From an uncultured Methylomirabilota bacterium (lineage in GTDB: Bacteria > Methylomirabilota > Methylomirabilia > Methylomirabilales > 2-02-FULL-66-22), in NCBI GenBank assembly GCA_963705305.1, contig OY970067.1, positions 2,496,001-2,560,000 on the forward strand: a stretch of 64,000 nt of DNA, read 5' to 3'. This document shows positions 48,627 to 59,645 of the stretch, in pieces (position 1 is the stretch's first letter; every line of letters starts with the position of its first letter). Both the position numbers and the translations under genes were made by a program. The notes beneath the pieces were generated by a model that saw nothing but the letters and a program-made list of their open reading frames with translations, was not told the DNA's origin and did no database searches.

Positions 48627-49784
48627 TCAGCCGCGGGCCAGCTCTTCGATCTTCTCCAGGATCTGTTGGGGAGGGATGGGCTCGCCCGTCACGCGGTTCA
48701 CACGGTGGACGGGACACAGATGCCGCGCCACCCTCTCGACCTCCAGCACCATCTGGCCCAGGTTCATCTCGACCACGACGAGGTGGTGCATGCGCTTGGC
48801 CAGATCCTCGACCGGCCCTTCGGGGAACGGCCAGAGGGTGACGGGCCGGAACAGCCCCACCGGGATCCCCTTGTTGCGGGCCAGCCGGACCGCGGCCTTG
48901 GCCGAGCGGGCGGAGGCGCCGAAGGCGATGATGGCCAGCTTGGTGTCGCGGAAGGCCAGCGAGGTGAGCTCATATTTCTGGATATCGGTCAGGCCCAGCT
49001 CGATCTTGCGCATGAGGCGCCGCTGGAGATGATCCACCACCTCGGGGCTGTCTTTCGGGAGACCCCGCACGTCGTGGTAGAGGCCCGTGACATGGTAGCG
49101 GTAGCCTTCCCCGAAGGGGGCCATGGGAGGAACCCCCGAGGGCGTATCGCCGTACGGGAGGTACTGTTCCGGCGGCCCCGTGGGCCGCGGGCGCTCCCAG
49201 AGGATGATGTCCTTGGTGTCGGGGACCACGACCCGCTCGCGCATGTGGCCGATGATCTCGTCGATGAGGAGCGTCACGGGGATGCGGAAGCGCTCGGCGA
49301 TGTTGAACGCCCGGACGGTCTCGTCGTACACCTCGCGGACCGACGCGGGCACCAGGGCCACCGCCGGGTGATCCCCGTGGGTCCCCCAGCGAGCCTGCAT
49401 CACGTCCGACTGGGCCGGCATCGTCGGCAGGCCGGTGCTGGGTCCGCCCCGCATGATATTCACGATCACGCAGGGGATCTCGGCCATCACGGCGTACCCG
49501 ATGTTCTCCTGCTTGAGCGAGTAGCCGGGGCCGCTGGTCGCCGTCATGGTCTTGGCGCCCGTCATGGCGGCCCCCAGGATCGCGCCCATGGCGGCGATCT
49601 CGTCCTCCATCTGGATGAATTTTCCGCCCACCCGGGGGAGGAGGACGGACATGTTCTCGGCGATCTCCGACGAGGGCGAGATGGGGTAGCCGCCGAAAAA
49701 GCGGCAGCCGGCCGCGATGGCGGCCAGGGCACACGCCTCGTTACCCTGGAGGAGCTTCACTTGCGGTGCTGTCTGTGAGCTCAC
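48627..49784 (-). CDS. korA: 2-oxoacid:ferredoxin oxidoreductase alpha subunit
   Basis: GNEA, YPISPS, QMEDE, RGGPSTGLPT motifs. Confidence 0.88.
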   Translation of the reverse strand: MSSQTAPQVKLLQGNEACALAAIAAGCRFFGGYPISPSSEIAENMSVLLPRVGGKFIQMEDEIAAMGAILGAAMTGAKTMTATSGPGYSLKQENIGYAVMAEIPCVIVNIMRGGPSTGLPTMPAQSDVMQARWGTHGDHPAVALVPASVREVYDETVRAFNIAERFRIPVTLLIDEIIGHMRERVVVPDTKDIILWERPRPTGPPEQYLPYGDTPSGVPPMAPFGEGYRYHVTGLYHDVRGLPKDSPEVVDHLQRRLMRKIELGLTDIQKYELTSLAFRDTKLAIIAFGASARSAKAAVRLARNKGIPVGLFRPVTLWPFPEGPVEDLAKRMHHLVVVEMNLGQMVLEVERVARHLCPVHRVNRVTGEPIPPQQILEKIEELARG

Positions 49785-49862
49785 GCATCCTCCCATTCCC
49801 GGACCGGCCGCCCAGGCGTCCGGCGGCACGCCGGGAAAAGTCCTCTGCCGCGGCCGCTTCGC

Positions 49863-50141
49863 TCAGGCCTTGGGTTTGCCTGGCTCGCCGTAAACGACGA
49901 TGGCAAAATCCGGGCACAATTGCTCGCATCGCAGACACTTGGTGCACGCCTCCAGGGCTTTGACCTCCACCTTGTCCAGCGGAGTCATCTGGAGAACATC
50001 TTTGGGACAGAATTCGACACAGATGCCGCACCCTTTGCACCAGGCATCGTTGATCTCAATGGTTACGGCGGCGCTGACATATGTCTTGGTGGCTTCACGA
50101 GCCAAGGCGAGGACGTCCTCGCGAGTCCGGAGCGCTATCAT
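49863..50141 (-). CDS. korD: 2-oxoacid:ferredoxin oxidoreductase delta (ferredoxin) subunit
   Basis: WCKGCGICVEFCP, CTKCLRCEQLCPDFAI. Confidence 0.85.
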   Translation of the reverse strand: MIALRTREDVLALAREATKTYVSAAVTIEINDAWCKGCGICVEFCPKDVLQMTPLDKVEVKALEACTKCLRCEQLCPDFAIVVYGEPGKPKA

Positions 50142-50316
50142 GATCGTCCTGCCTCTTGATGGTGTGTTGACAAACGGCCCCCGCCCCGATTTCCTCCCGG
50201 GGCCCGCGCGGCCTGTAGTCCTTCGCGACCGATTAGCTGTCGGTTGCCGGGTCGGGCGTATCAGCCCGGGCAACTTTCGCCCCGGCCGGTTGACACACAA
50301 CCCCTCTAAGAGAAAA

Positions 50317-50332
50317 AGCAATGCCTGTGCCA
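50317..50332 (-). promoter_or_regulatory. sigma54 promoter of kor operon
   Basis: TGGCAC-AGGCA-TTGCT; palindrome-like TGTGCG-ATATG-CCGCA about 160 bp upstream could be an activator site. Confidence 0.7.
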
Positions 50333-50718
50333 CATGGAAAACCCCCTATCTTCCCCCAGACAGCCGACGAAGATTTACGAGTGATGTCAAGAAGGGTCGA
50401 TAGTTGCGCGCGAATGACGGCCGCTGCGCCGACAAGCGGATCTCAGGAAAGGTCATTCTGATTCGTAGGATTCCGGACTTCGGATTGTGCGATATGCCGC
50501 AGTTCTCGACAGGAAAAAATCAGAGAGGCAATATCCTGATTTCTGCCTCATTCTTGTTGCCGGATAAACGCACGTGCCCGCCAAAACCGGCGAATCCTCG
50601 AAGCACCTTCTGGATCGAAGCCTATGGAGACCGGAAGGGCACTCGATCGAGCTTTCCGGCCCCGTGGGTTTTAGGTGCGGACACGGTCCGATCGAGAAAG
50701 AGAAGGCAGGTGATTCGG

Positions 50719-50904
50719 GTGCCCCTCTTCGAGTACGAGTGCCAGAGGTGCGGACATGTCTTCGAGATCATGCGTCAGCGCGCCGCGCCGGACAATCCTC
50801 CGGCCTGCCCGGAGTGCGAGGCCAGGGAGGTCGAGCGCATCTGGTCGCCCGTCGCCGGGCGGACGAGTGGCGGCTGCAGCTCCAATTTTTCGGGATTCGG
50901 CTGA
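50719..50904 (+). CDS. FmdB family zinc-ribbon protein (possible Sec read-through to 50955)
   Basis: PLFEYECQRCGHVFE...CPEC; ends SGFG-TGA followed by a hairpin. Confidence 0.82.
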   Translation: MPLFEYECQRCGHVFEIMRQRAAPDNPPACPECEAREVERIWSPVAGRTSGGCSSNFSGFG

Positions 50905-51059
50905 GGGCGATCACGGCGGGACCGGTGGTCCCGGAGTGCGGGCTTGGCCGGATAGCCTTGCATCGAACGGAGCACGGAAACGACAGGAGGCTGCATTGCC
51001 AGGCCGTCTCCGTGCATCGCACTACCTGAAAGAGGAAACTGGAAAAGGAGGCCGATGCG

Positions 51060-51413
51060 ATGGGAACGAAGGAGACTGCCACGGCGGGCCCGCTGGAGGT
51101 CAGCGACGCGACGTTCACGCAGGAGGTTCTGCAGTCCTCGACCCCGGTCCTGCTGGATTGCTGGGCGCCATGGTGCGGGCCGTGCCGGATGATGGCTCCG
51201 GTGATGGAGGAGCTCGCCGGCAGCCTGGCTGGCCGGGTGAAAGTGGCGAAGCTGAACGTGGACGATAACCCGACGGTCGCGCGGCAGCTCGGCATCATGA
51301 GCATCCCGACGCTCCTGCTCTTCAAGAATGGCCAGACCATCGGCAAGATGGTTGGGGCCGCCCCCCGGGTCCGCATCGAGGCCGAGCTGAACAGGCGGCT
51401 GCGCGACCAGTAA
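51060..51413 (+). CDS. trxA: Thioredoxin
   Basis: WAPWCGPC, KLNVD, MSIPTL motifs. Confidence 0.95.
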   Translation: MGTKETATAGPLEVSDATFTQEVLQSSTPVLLDCWAPWCGPCRMMAPVMEELAGSLAGRVKVAKLNVDDNPTVARQLGIMSIPTLLLFKNGQTIGKMVGAAPRVRIEAELNRRLRDQ

Positions 51414-51554
51414 TTCCGGACCGTCCCGCGCCGGCTCGACCGGCGGGAAAACTCTCCGGCGGCACGGGGCCCCCGGGCCGCGGCGCCGCCGGAGAGTCTG
51501 CTTTCCGATTCCGCCCCCGCCTGCCGGTATTCTCGCCTCGCGGAGGAGCAATCC

Positions 51555-53453
<1,899 letters not shown>

Positions 53454-53521
53454 TTACCCCTTTCGTCCGGGGTTTTCAAGCCAAATCGATGCCCCGGCTG
53501 CGCGTCTGTTGTGGGAGCGGG

Positions 53522-53623
53522 CGCGAGGCGACCTTACGCGTACGTCGCAGCGTCGCGAGAGCGCGGGGGGTACCCATCCGAAGGATGGGTCTCGGCAGAG
53601 GGCCTTTTTCAGCAGCCTGCTAG
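53522..53623. repeat. MITE-like repeat copy D (partial)
   Basis: GTACGTCGCAGCGTCGCG...GGGGTACCCATCCGAAGGATGGGTC...TTTTTCAGCAGCCTGCTAG, similar to copy A right half. Confidence 0.75.
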
Positions 53624-54408
53624 GGGTGCTTCAGCTTTCCCGTGAAGTGGCACGAGCGGCAGTCCATCATGCCGCGACTGTCTTCGACGGCCCCCCCTTG
53701 GTCGTGACAGCCCCGACACGACTGCACCTGCGCGGCGAGAAGGTGGGCGGCCTTGAAGCTTCCTTCCATGTGGCTGTTCAAGAGCTCCACGCTGTATCGC
53801 GCCACGGATGCGGCCAGCCAGGCGCACCTGTCGGCCCGTTCCTTTGAGAAGGACTTGAAGCCGGTGGCCTTGCACCATCGGCTCACCGACACATGACACA
53901 GCGGGGAATGGGCGACGGAGGGTTTGATCTCGAATCTGGGATTCTTGGGCCGGTAGTCGGGAAGCTCCTCCTGCTCATACCAGTTGAAGAGCTCGTGGAT
54001 AAGGGCGTAGGCCTGCTGTTTCTTCTGCGGGTCCAGCCCGCCGGCCACCAGAAAAATTGCCATGGAGGCCCCGTTCAACGCTCCGCAAAGCGAGGCAATG
54101 CCCGCCACGCCCCCCTCCCCGAATACCATCATCTCCATGGGAAAGAGGGTATAGGGATGCCCCACCGCCTCGCGAAGCCCCCCGATGATCCCGTCAAATG
54201 CCGCGTAGCAGCACGCTCCCTTATAGTAGCCTGCATATCCCCGCTCTGCGGCGGCCTGGGGATCCAGTTTCTGGTAGGGCCACGGAAGGGTGGGGGAGGT
54301 CTCGGCGTCCTGGACGGCCCGGGCATTTCGGGCTGCGGCCGGGGTGAGGGCGATCGCCCCGGTGGCCATGGCCAGCATCTTCAGCACATCTCTCCGTTGA
54401 CCGTTCAT
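53620..54408 (-). CDS. Split-Soret cytochrome c-like / C_GCAxxG_C_C family protein
   Basis: Tat signal (RRDVL); GACC, CGALNG, CHVSV, CRGCH and CRSCH motifs. Confidence 0.8.
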   Translation of the reverse strand: MNGQRRDVLKMLAMATGAIALTPAAARNARAVQDAETSPTLPWPYQKLDPQAAAERGYAGYYKGACCYAAFDGIIGGLREAVGHPYTLFPMEMMVFGEGGVAGIASLCGALNGASMAIFLVAGGLDPQKKQQAYALIHELFNWYEQEELPDYRPKNPRFEIKPSVAHSPLCHVSVSRWCKATGFKSFSKERADRCAWLAASVARYSVELLNSHMEGSFKAAHLLAAQVQSCRGCHDQGGAVEDSRGMMDCRSCHFTGKLKHP

Positions 54409-54604
54409 TTCTTTCTCCTTGCTGTGACTCGTTTTCCCCCACGATCTGCGAGGCCGGGATTCCGTTGCCGCCCGGGTTCGCCGCTGCAGTCCCTGACCTT
54501 CGCGTCCGGTCCGTCGCGGACCTGAACCCCATGTCCCGGAAGAATTGTCACCGGTGAGCCGACGAGATGCCGTCGAGGTGAGGTTCTGAAGTTCGGGGTG
54601 TGGG

Positions 54605-56443
54605 TCAGAACGCGCCGAACTCGCTGGGCAGCGGCTGCACCTCCTCCTGGTAGATCTTCTCCGATTTGGTTCCTTCGTTGTGGCACCCGCCGCAGTAGCC
54701 CAGGTCGGGGCGCTTGAGCGCCGGATCGGCCGCTCTTTTCACATGGCAGGGAATGCACATCTTGTGCATGGCGTCCCGGTAGCTGGGCGCCCACGGGCTG
54801 TCGAATGTCTTGACGACGGGATTGACCGCCATCATGTCCTTCCGATGGCACTCTTCGCAGGTTGTGGTCGCCGCCACCCGCAACGGCCTCTCTTCGCCGT
54901 GGCATTTGACGCAGGAGAGGTTTCCCTCAAGATCCGCCACGTGGGCCTCGTGATTGAAAATGTCGGTGGCGGTGTACATGGAGCGGTGGCACTCGCTGCA
55001 CGGCGTTCCAACGTCCCCCGCCTTGTGGAGGTGGTGGCAGAGTCCGCAGGCCTTTTCCCCTCCAAGGTCCTTCTGGTGCTGCGTGTGGTCGAAGTACACA
55101 TACTGGGGTGCGTCGCCCATCCTGAGGACGTCGCTGCCGCGGGCACGCTGCGCCGCCAGCTGGACGAACGGCTCAGTCTTGGGTGCCAGGGTCAGGCCCA
55201 GGCTCATGGGCAGCACGAACAGCATGGAGTACACCTTGGCGGCCTTTCGCCAGTCTTCGCCCAACCAGACCTGGGTGAAGGGGGCAAACCGGGGGAGGGC
55301 CTCTGCGGCGGCCTCGCGCTCCCGTTCGATCTTTCCCAGCGCCTCGGGGTCGACCGGGAAGTGCTCCTGAATGAAGAAGAACAGCAGGCCACAGGCGGAG
55401 ACGATGCCAATGCTGATGGCGAACTCCGGCCAGGCGGGAAAATAGAAAACGCGCGTCGCCCAGACTTGGCTCAGTCCTGACACATTGACCCGGTTCAGCA
55501 CGAAGCCCAGCACGGCGCAGCAGGAGACGAGCCAGACCCCCGGAGGGGACCGCCGCACGCCCGAAATGGCGTACAGCCCGATGGGGATGACCGCGGACAG
55601 GAGCATCTCGAGGATGAACAGGTTGCTCTCCCAGGTCCCCGCGGCGATCAGCCCCAGCTTGTGGTGGATCGTCAGATCCGTCATCTTGAAGGCGAGGTAA
55701 AAGAGAAGGGCCCAGGCGGAGACCTTGGCCAGCCCGCTCAGGACGGCCGGCTCGGGCGTTCGCCTGTAGACCCAGGAGATGGCGGAGTAGACGAAGATCA
55801 TCAGGTTGAGACCCATGCAGATCGAGGAGACAAAGAACAGCTCGGGCAGCAGGGGGCTGTACCAGAGCGGATGGACCCTGAAGGCCATGATGAGCAGGAG
55901 GGTGCCGAGGGTGGACTGGTGCAGGGTGGAGATCATGATGCCCAGGATCACGATGGGCAGCGACAGGGACGCCAGGAAGCGACGGACGCGCTGGAAGGGC
56001 GTGCGCTCGAGAATCACGGGCGCCACCTCGAGGGTGAGCACCGTGAGGTACAGCATGACGCACCACGAGATCTCGAAGAGGGGGGAGTGGATGTTCCAGT
56101 ACAGGATGGGGTGCCAAATATGCCACGGGAGCCCCAACTCGAAGAGGAGCCCGGTGGCCGCAGCACCGTACCCCAGAAAGCCCGTCAGGATGGCATACCG
56201 CGCCACGACGTGGTATTTCTCGCGGTGGAAGATATGCACCACCGCGGCCACGGTGAACGCCACGGCCGAGAGGGCGATGACGCCCATCTCGTTGAAGCCG
56301 ACCCACAGCCCCCAGGGGGTCGTGTCGGAGAGGGCGGTGGAGACGCCCAGGCCCATGGTGAACCGGTTGATGGCCGCGGCGGCCCCCAGGCCGGCGAGGA
56401 ACCAGAGGACTCCCTTGAACGCGAAGATCCGGCTATGGCTCAT
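54605..56443 (-). CDS. NrfD/HybB (HmcC-like) membrane subunit fused to hexaheme class III-like cytochrome c
   Basis: PWGLW, SPLFEISWC, STLHQSTLG; six CxxCH motifs at C-terminus. Confidence 0.82.
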   Translation of the reverse strand: MSHSRIFAFKGVLWFLAGLGAAAAINRFTMGLGVSTALSDTTPWGLWVGFNEMGVIALSAVAFTVAAVVHIFHREKYHVVARYAILTGFLGYGAAATGLLFELGLPWHIWHPILYWNIHSPLFEISWCVMLYLTVLTLEVAPVILERTPFQRVRRFLASLSLPIVILGIMISTLHQSTLGTLLLIMAFRVHPLWYSPLLPELFFVSSICMGLNLMIFVYSAISWVYRRTPEPAVLSGLAKVSAWALLFYLAFKMTDLTIHHKLGLIAAGTWESNLFILEMLLSAVIPIGLYAISGVRRSPPGVWLVSCCAVLGFVLNRVNVSGLSQVWATRVFYFPAWPEFAISIGIVSACGLLFFFIQEHFPVDPEALGKIEREREAAAEALPRFAPFTQVWLGEDWRKAAKVYSMLFVLPMSLGLTLAPKTEPFVQLAAQRARGSDVLRMGDAPQYVYFDHTQHQKDLGGEKACGLCHHLHKAGDVGTPCSECHRSMYTATDIFNHEAHVADLEGNLSCVKCHGEERPLRVAATTTCEECHRKDMMAVNPVVKTFDSPWAPSYRDAMHKMCIPCHVKRAADPALKRPDLGYCGGCHNEGTKSEKIYQEEVQPLPSEFGAF

Positions 56444-57251
56444 GCTCGGTCTCGTGTGTGTCCGCCGTGCCGCCCGAGTTGGGCTGCTCTCCCCCTGCCA
56501 GCTTCTGTCGTCGCTCGATGATCCAGCACAAGGCGCCTACCAGGACACCCATACCCACAAACTCCGCCGGCACCAACTTGAGCGCCTCCCATGTCTTCTC
56601 CGGCAGCGGCTCGTCGTCGAGGTACCGGCTGTCCTGCCAGCCTAGGAAATCGAGGGAGATATCGGAGACGTAGAGCACGGAGGTCCCGCCCACCTGCTTT
56701 TCCCCCCAGACGCGCTGAAGGTACTTTGTGGGCTCTGCGGCGAGGCGCCGCTTGGCCTCCCGCAGCATATCGGCGCGGGAGCCGAAGATGCTGGCTTTCG
56801 TCGGGCACACGGTCACGCAGGCCGGCGCCGGAACCTTGCCCGCCAGCAGGGACGGATAACACAGAATGCATTTCCGGACGGACGGGGACAAGGAAGTCCA
56901 CTGGTAGTGGGGGATCCCGTACGGGCATGCCAGCATGCAATACCGGCAGCCCATGCAGAGGCTCTTGTCGTAAATCACCGGCCCCGTAGAGGTCTTCTGG
57001 AGTGCCCCCACCGGGCAGACCGAGACACACGCCGGGTGGAGGCAGTGGCGGCAGTGCTTGCGCACGAAGTGATTGGCCGGCCGCCGAATGATCGATGTCC
57101 AGCGGGTGGCGGAGAGCCCATCCGCCGTTGCCCCCTTCCGCGGCGGGACGTCCGCCTCCGGCAGGCCGTTGATCTTCTTGCAGGCCGTCACGCACTCCTC
57201 GCAGCCGATGCACTTGGTGACATCGGTCAGGATGGCGGGGGTCTCGATCAT
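56433..57251 (-). CDS. HybA/HmcB-like 4Fe-4S protein
   Basis: CIGCEECVTAC, CRHCLHPACVSVCP, CMGCRYCMLACP, KCILC; C-terminal TM. Confidence 0.85.
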   Translation of the reverse strand: MIETPAILTDVTKCIGCEECVTACKKINGLPEADVPPRKGATADGLSATRWTSIIRRPANHFVRKHCRHCLHPACVSVCPVGALQKTSTGPVIYDKSLCMGCRYCMLACPYGIPHYQWTSLSPSVRKCILCYPSLLAGKVPAPACVTVCPTKASIFGSRADMLREAKRRLAAEPTKYLQRVWGEKQVGGTSVLYVSDISLDFLGWQDSRYLDDEPLPEKTWEALKLVPAEFVGMGVLVGALCWIIERRQKLAGGEQPNSGGTADTHETEHEP

Positions 57252-57952
57252 ACGGGCTCGCCCTCCTTTCCCAGGGCGATCCGCACCCTGTCCCCGGCCC
57301 CGGGGACGAAATGCCAGCCCAGCTCCCAGGAGAGCCTGGTGAACGGGAACAGGACCACGTGCGCCAGCTTGGTGAAGGGCGTGAGAATCATCAGCAGCTC
57401 GGCACTCAACAGGTGCACGAGGTACATGAGGCGGAAGGGGAGTGGATTCAGGGCGGGATGAGCCACCCAGTATCCCGACGCGAACGGCACCAGGCACAGG
57501 ATCAGCAGGAACCAGTCCTGGAAGGTGCTCAGGACGCGAGATCCCCGGTTCGCCAGCCGAAGAGCCAGCAGCGCCAGCAAGGCGGCCACCGTCGTCCAGG
57601 TGAGGACATCGGCGGGAAGGCCGCCCAACGACGGCCACGCCAGCCCGATGCCTTGCCGGATGAGGCGGACGTGGCCCGCGAGGAAGACGGGCAGCAGGAT
57701 GATGCCCAGGTGAAATACCAACGAGGCCAGCGTGTACGGAATCCGGGTCCCGCGCAGGGCGTTGACGGGGATGATCCAGCCCCAGCCCTGCCGGAGGAGG
57801 AGCCGGTACGGGATGGCCTGGTCGCCGGCCTTCCGGTAGGCCCGCACCAGCTCCGCGATGGTCAGGCCGAGCTGCCGGGCCAGGCCTGCGAACAGCACCA
57901 TGAATGAAAGATACAGCAGCGGCCCTCTGGCGAACCACATGAGCGAGTCCAT
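57248..57952 (-). CDS. NarI/DsrM-like cytochrome b (HmcE-like)
   Basis: FARGPL, VFHLG, GH, VHLLSAE, PFTKLAH (four heme-b His). Confidence 0.8.
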   Translation of the reverse strand: MDSLMWFARGPLLYLSFMVLFAGLARQLGLTIAELVRAYRKAGDQAIPYRLLLRQGWGWIIPVNALRGTRIPYTLASLVFHLGIILLPVFLAGHVRLIRQGIGLAWPSLGGLPADVLTWTTVAALLALLALRLANRGSRVLSTFQDWFLLILCLVPFASGYWVAHPALNPLPFRLMYLVHLLSAELLMILTPFTKLAHVVLFPFTRLSWELGWHFVPGAGDRVRIALGKEGEPV

Positions 57953-57969
57953 GCGCCTGCTCCGAACAC

Positions 57970-58130
57970 CTAGCAGGCCGCTGAAAAAAGGCCCATCTGC
58001 GGCGTTGGCCCGCTCGGACACTCGCTGCGGCGTACCGGAAGTACGCCTCACTCGGCCCTTTGCGGGCCGCCTAGCATCTGGGCCCTTTTGAGCAGCCTGC
58101 CGCAAAGTGAGTTCTTCAGCATCCTGCTAG
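57970..58130. repeat. MITE-like repeat copy C (no hairpin inserts)
   Basis: CTAGCAGGCCGCTGAAAAAA...TTCTTCAGCATCCTGCTAG; CTAG at both ends. Confidence 0.8.
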
Positions 58131-59578
58131 AGAACGAGGGCTTTGTAGATCAGATCATGGAGGCCCACCACCTGGACCCCGTCCAGTCCGTGGTCCTCGC
58201 AGACCTCCCGCAGCTGCTTCTTGCAGTTGGCGCAGGGCGCCACTACGAGTTGAGCGCCGGTTGCCCGGATCTGGTCGGCCTTCAGCTTGCCCGTGACCTT
58301 GGTCCGGTACGGGCGGATCTCGTCCACGGAGACGGTCCCGCCGCCCCCGCCGCAGCAGAAGTTCTTGGGGCCGCGGGGCTCCATATCCACGTAGTCCCGG
58401 CAGCAGGTCTTCAGGATGCGCCGGGGCTGGTCCACGATCCACCCCGTCCTGGCGATGTTGCAGGGGTCGTGGTAGGTGACCCGCTCTCGGATGGCGCCGG
58501 GGTCCAGCCGGATCTTTCCCGACTCGAGCGCCTGGAGCGTGTATTCCATGATGTTCGTCACGGGCAGGGCGCCCCGGCCGCCGCCGAACGTGGGGACAAA
58601 GAGCTTTGCGCTGCGCGAGGCATGCCCACACTCGCCGATGAGGATGGACCTGCCGCGCAGGCGCGTCGTTTCGGCAATGAGCTTCTGGACGATCCGTTCG
58701 GCGCACCAGTCGCTGTAGAATAGACCGTAGTTGATGCCGTCGTAGTACCCCGTGCCGATGGTCCAGCGGTCGGATTCTCCCGCTGCGTGGAACGTGAGCG
58801 CGATCCCCTTGAGGACGTCGGGCTCGAGGAGAAAATCGCTCACCGCGGGGAAGAACACGAAGTCCCGCCCTTCCTGATCGGTGGGGAAGGACACCTCCAG
58901 GCCCTTCTCCTCCTTGATCTCGTCCGCCAGGAATTCCAGCGTATCCAGCAGGGCGGGAACCGGGATGCCGGAGGTGTTTCCGGCCTCCCCTTCCAGCTGC
59001 TCGCGCGAGGCGACCACCAGGGCCTTGGGCACCACGTCCATCTCGCTCAGGATGTAGCGCGACAGGTGGGTGACCAGCCCGTGATCGATCCCCATGGGGC
59101 ACTCGAAGGAGCAGCGCCGACAGCCGGTGCAATGATAGACTGACTCGGCCAGCTCCCGGATGCGCTCGTCCGTCAGGTAGATCGTGCCTGCCAGCTTGCT
59201 CTGGAGGAGGCCGCGCAGGGTGAAGTGGCGGCGGTAGACCTCCAGGAGAAGCTCGGTCCGGTAGCAGGGGATGTCCTTGGGGTCCCGGGTGGCCAGGTAG
59301 ATCTGGCATGCCGCGGCGCAGTGGGCGCAGCGGGCACCCACCCGCGCGTAGGTGTCGATCAGCTGGGCGTAGTTGCTGTGCTGGAGGACTGCGGCGAAGA
59401 TTTCGAGAAAACGCTTGACCCGGTCGCCCGAATAGAGGCGCTCCATGTAGTAGCTGAGGCCCAGCACCTGGTGGGGCCGGGGCGCCGGGACGGCCTTCCC
59501 GGCGGCGGCCGGCGCGGCAACGCCTCCCGTCCCCTTCGCGCTTCCGTCGCCATCCCTCGAACGTTCCGCCTGCGGCAT
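58127..59578 (-). CDS. HdrD/DsrK-like Fe-S protein (HmcF-like)
   Basis: CAHCAAAC, CTGCRRCSFECP, ECGH, YHDPC, CCGGGGG, CANC motifs. Confidence 0.82.
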   Translation of the reverse strand: MPQAERSRDGDGSAKGTGGVAAPAAAGKAVPAPRPHQVLGLSYYMERLYSGDRVKRFLEIFAAVLQHSNYAQLIDTYARVGARCAHCAAACQIYLATRDPKDIPCYRTELLLEVYRRHFTLRGLLQSKLAGTIYLTDERIRELAESVYHCTGCRRCSFECPMGIDHGLVTHLSRYILSEMDVVPKALVVASREQLEGEAGNTSGIPVPALLDTLEFLADEIKEEKGLEVSFPTDQEGRDFVFFPAVSDFLLEPDVLKGIALTFHAAGESDRWTIGTGYYDGINYGLFYSDWCAERIVQKLIAETTRLRGRSILIGECGHASRSAKLFVPTFGGGRGALPVTNIMEYTLQALESGKIRLDPGAIRERVTYHDPCNIARTGWIVDQPRRILKTCCRDYVDMEPRGPKNFCCGGGGGTVSVDEIRPYRTKVTGKLKADQIRATGAQLVVAPCANCKKQLREVCEDHGLDGVQVVGLHDLIYKALVL

Positions 59579-59645
59579 CTCGTCTTCCTGCGGACGCCGC
59601 AGCCGGCGTGGCGTCCGCCCTGCATCCATCGATTCCCGAAGACCC

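Noticed and set aside
56433..57938. 501-aa ORF
   Set aside because: The N-terminal half is an alternative frame over the NarI-like gene; the Fe-S protein starts at 57251.
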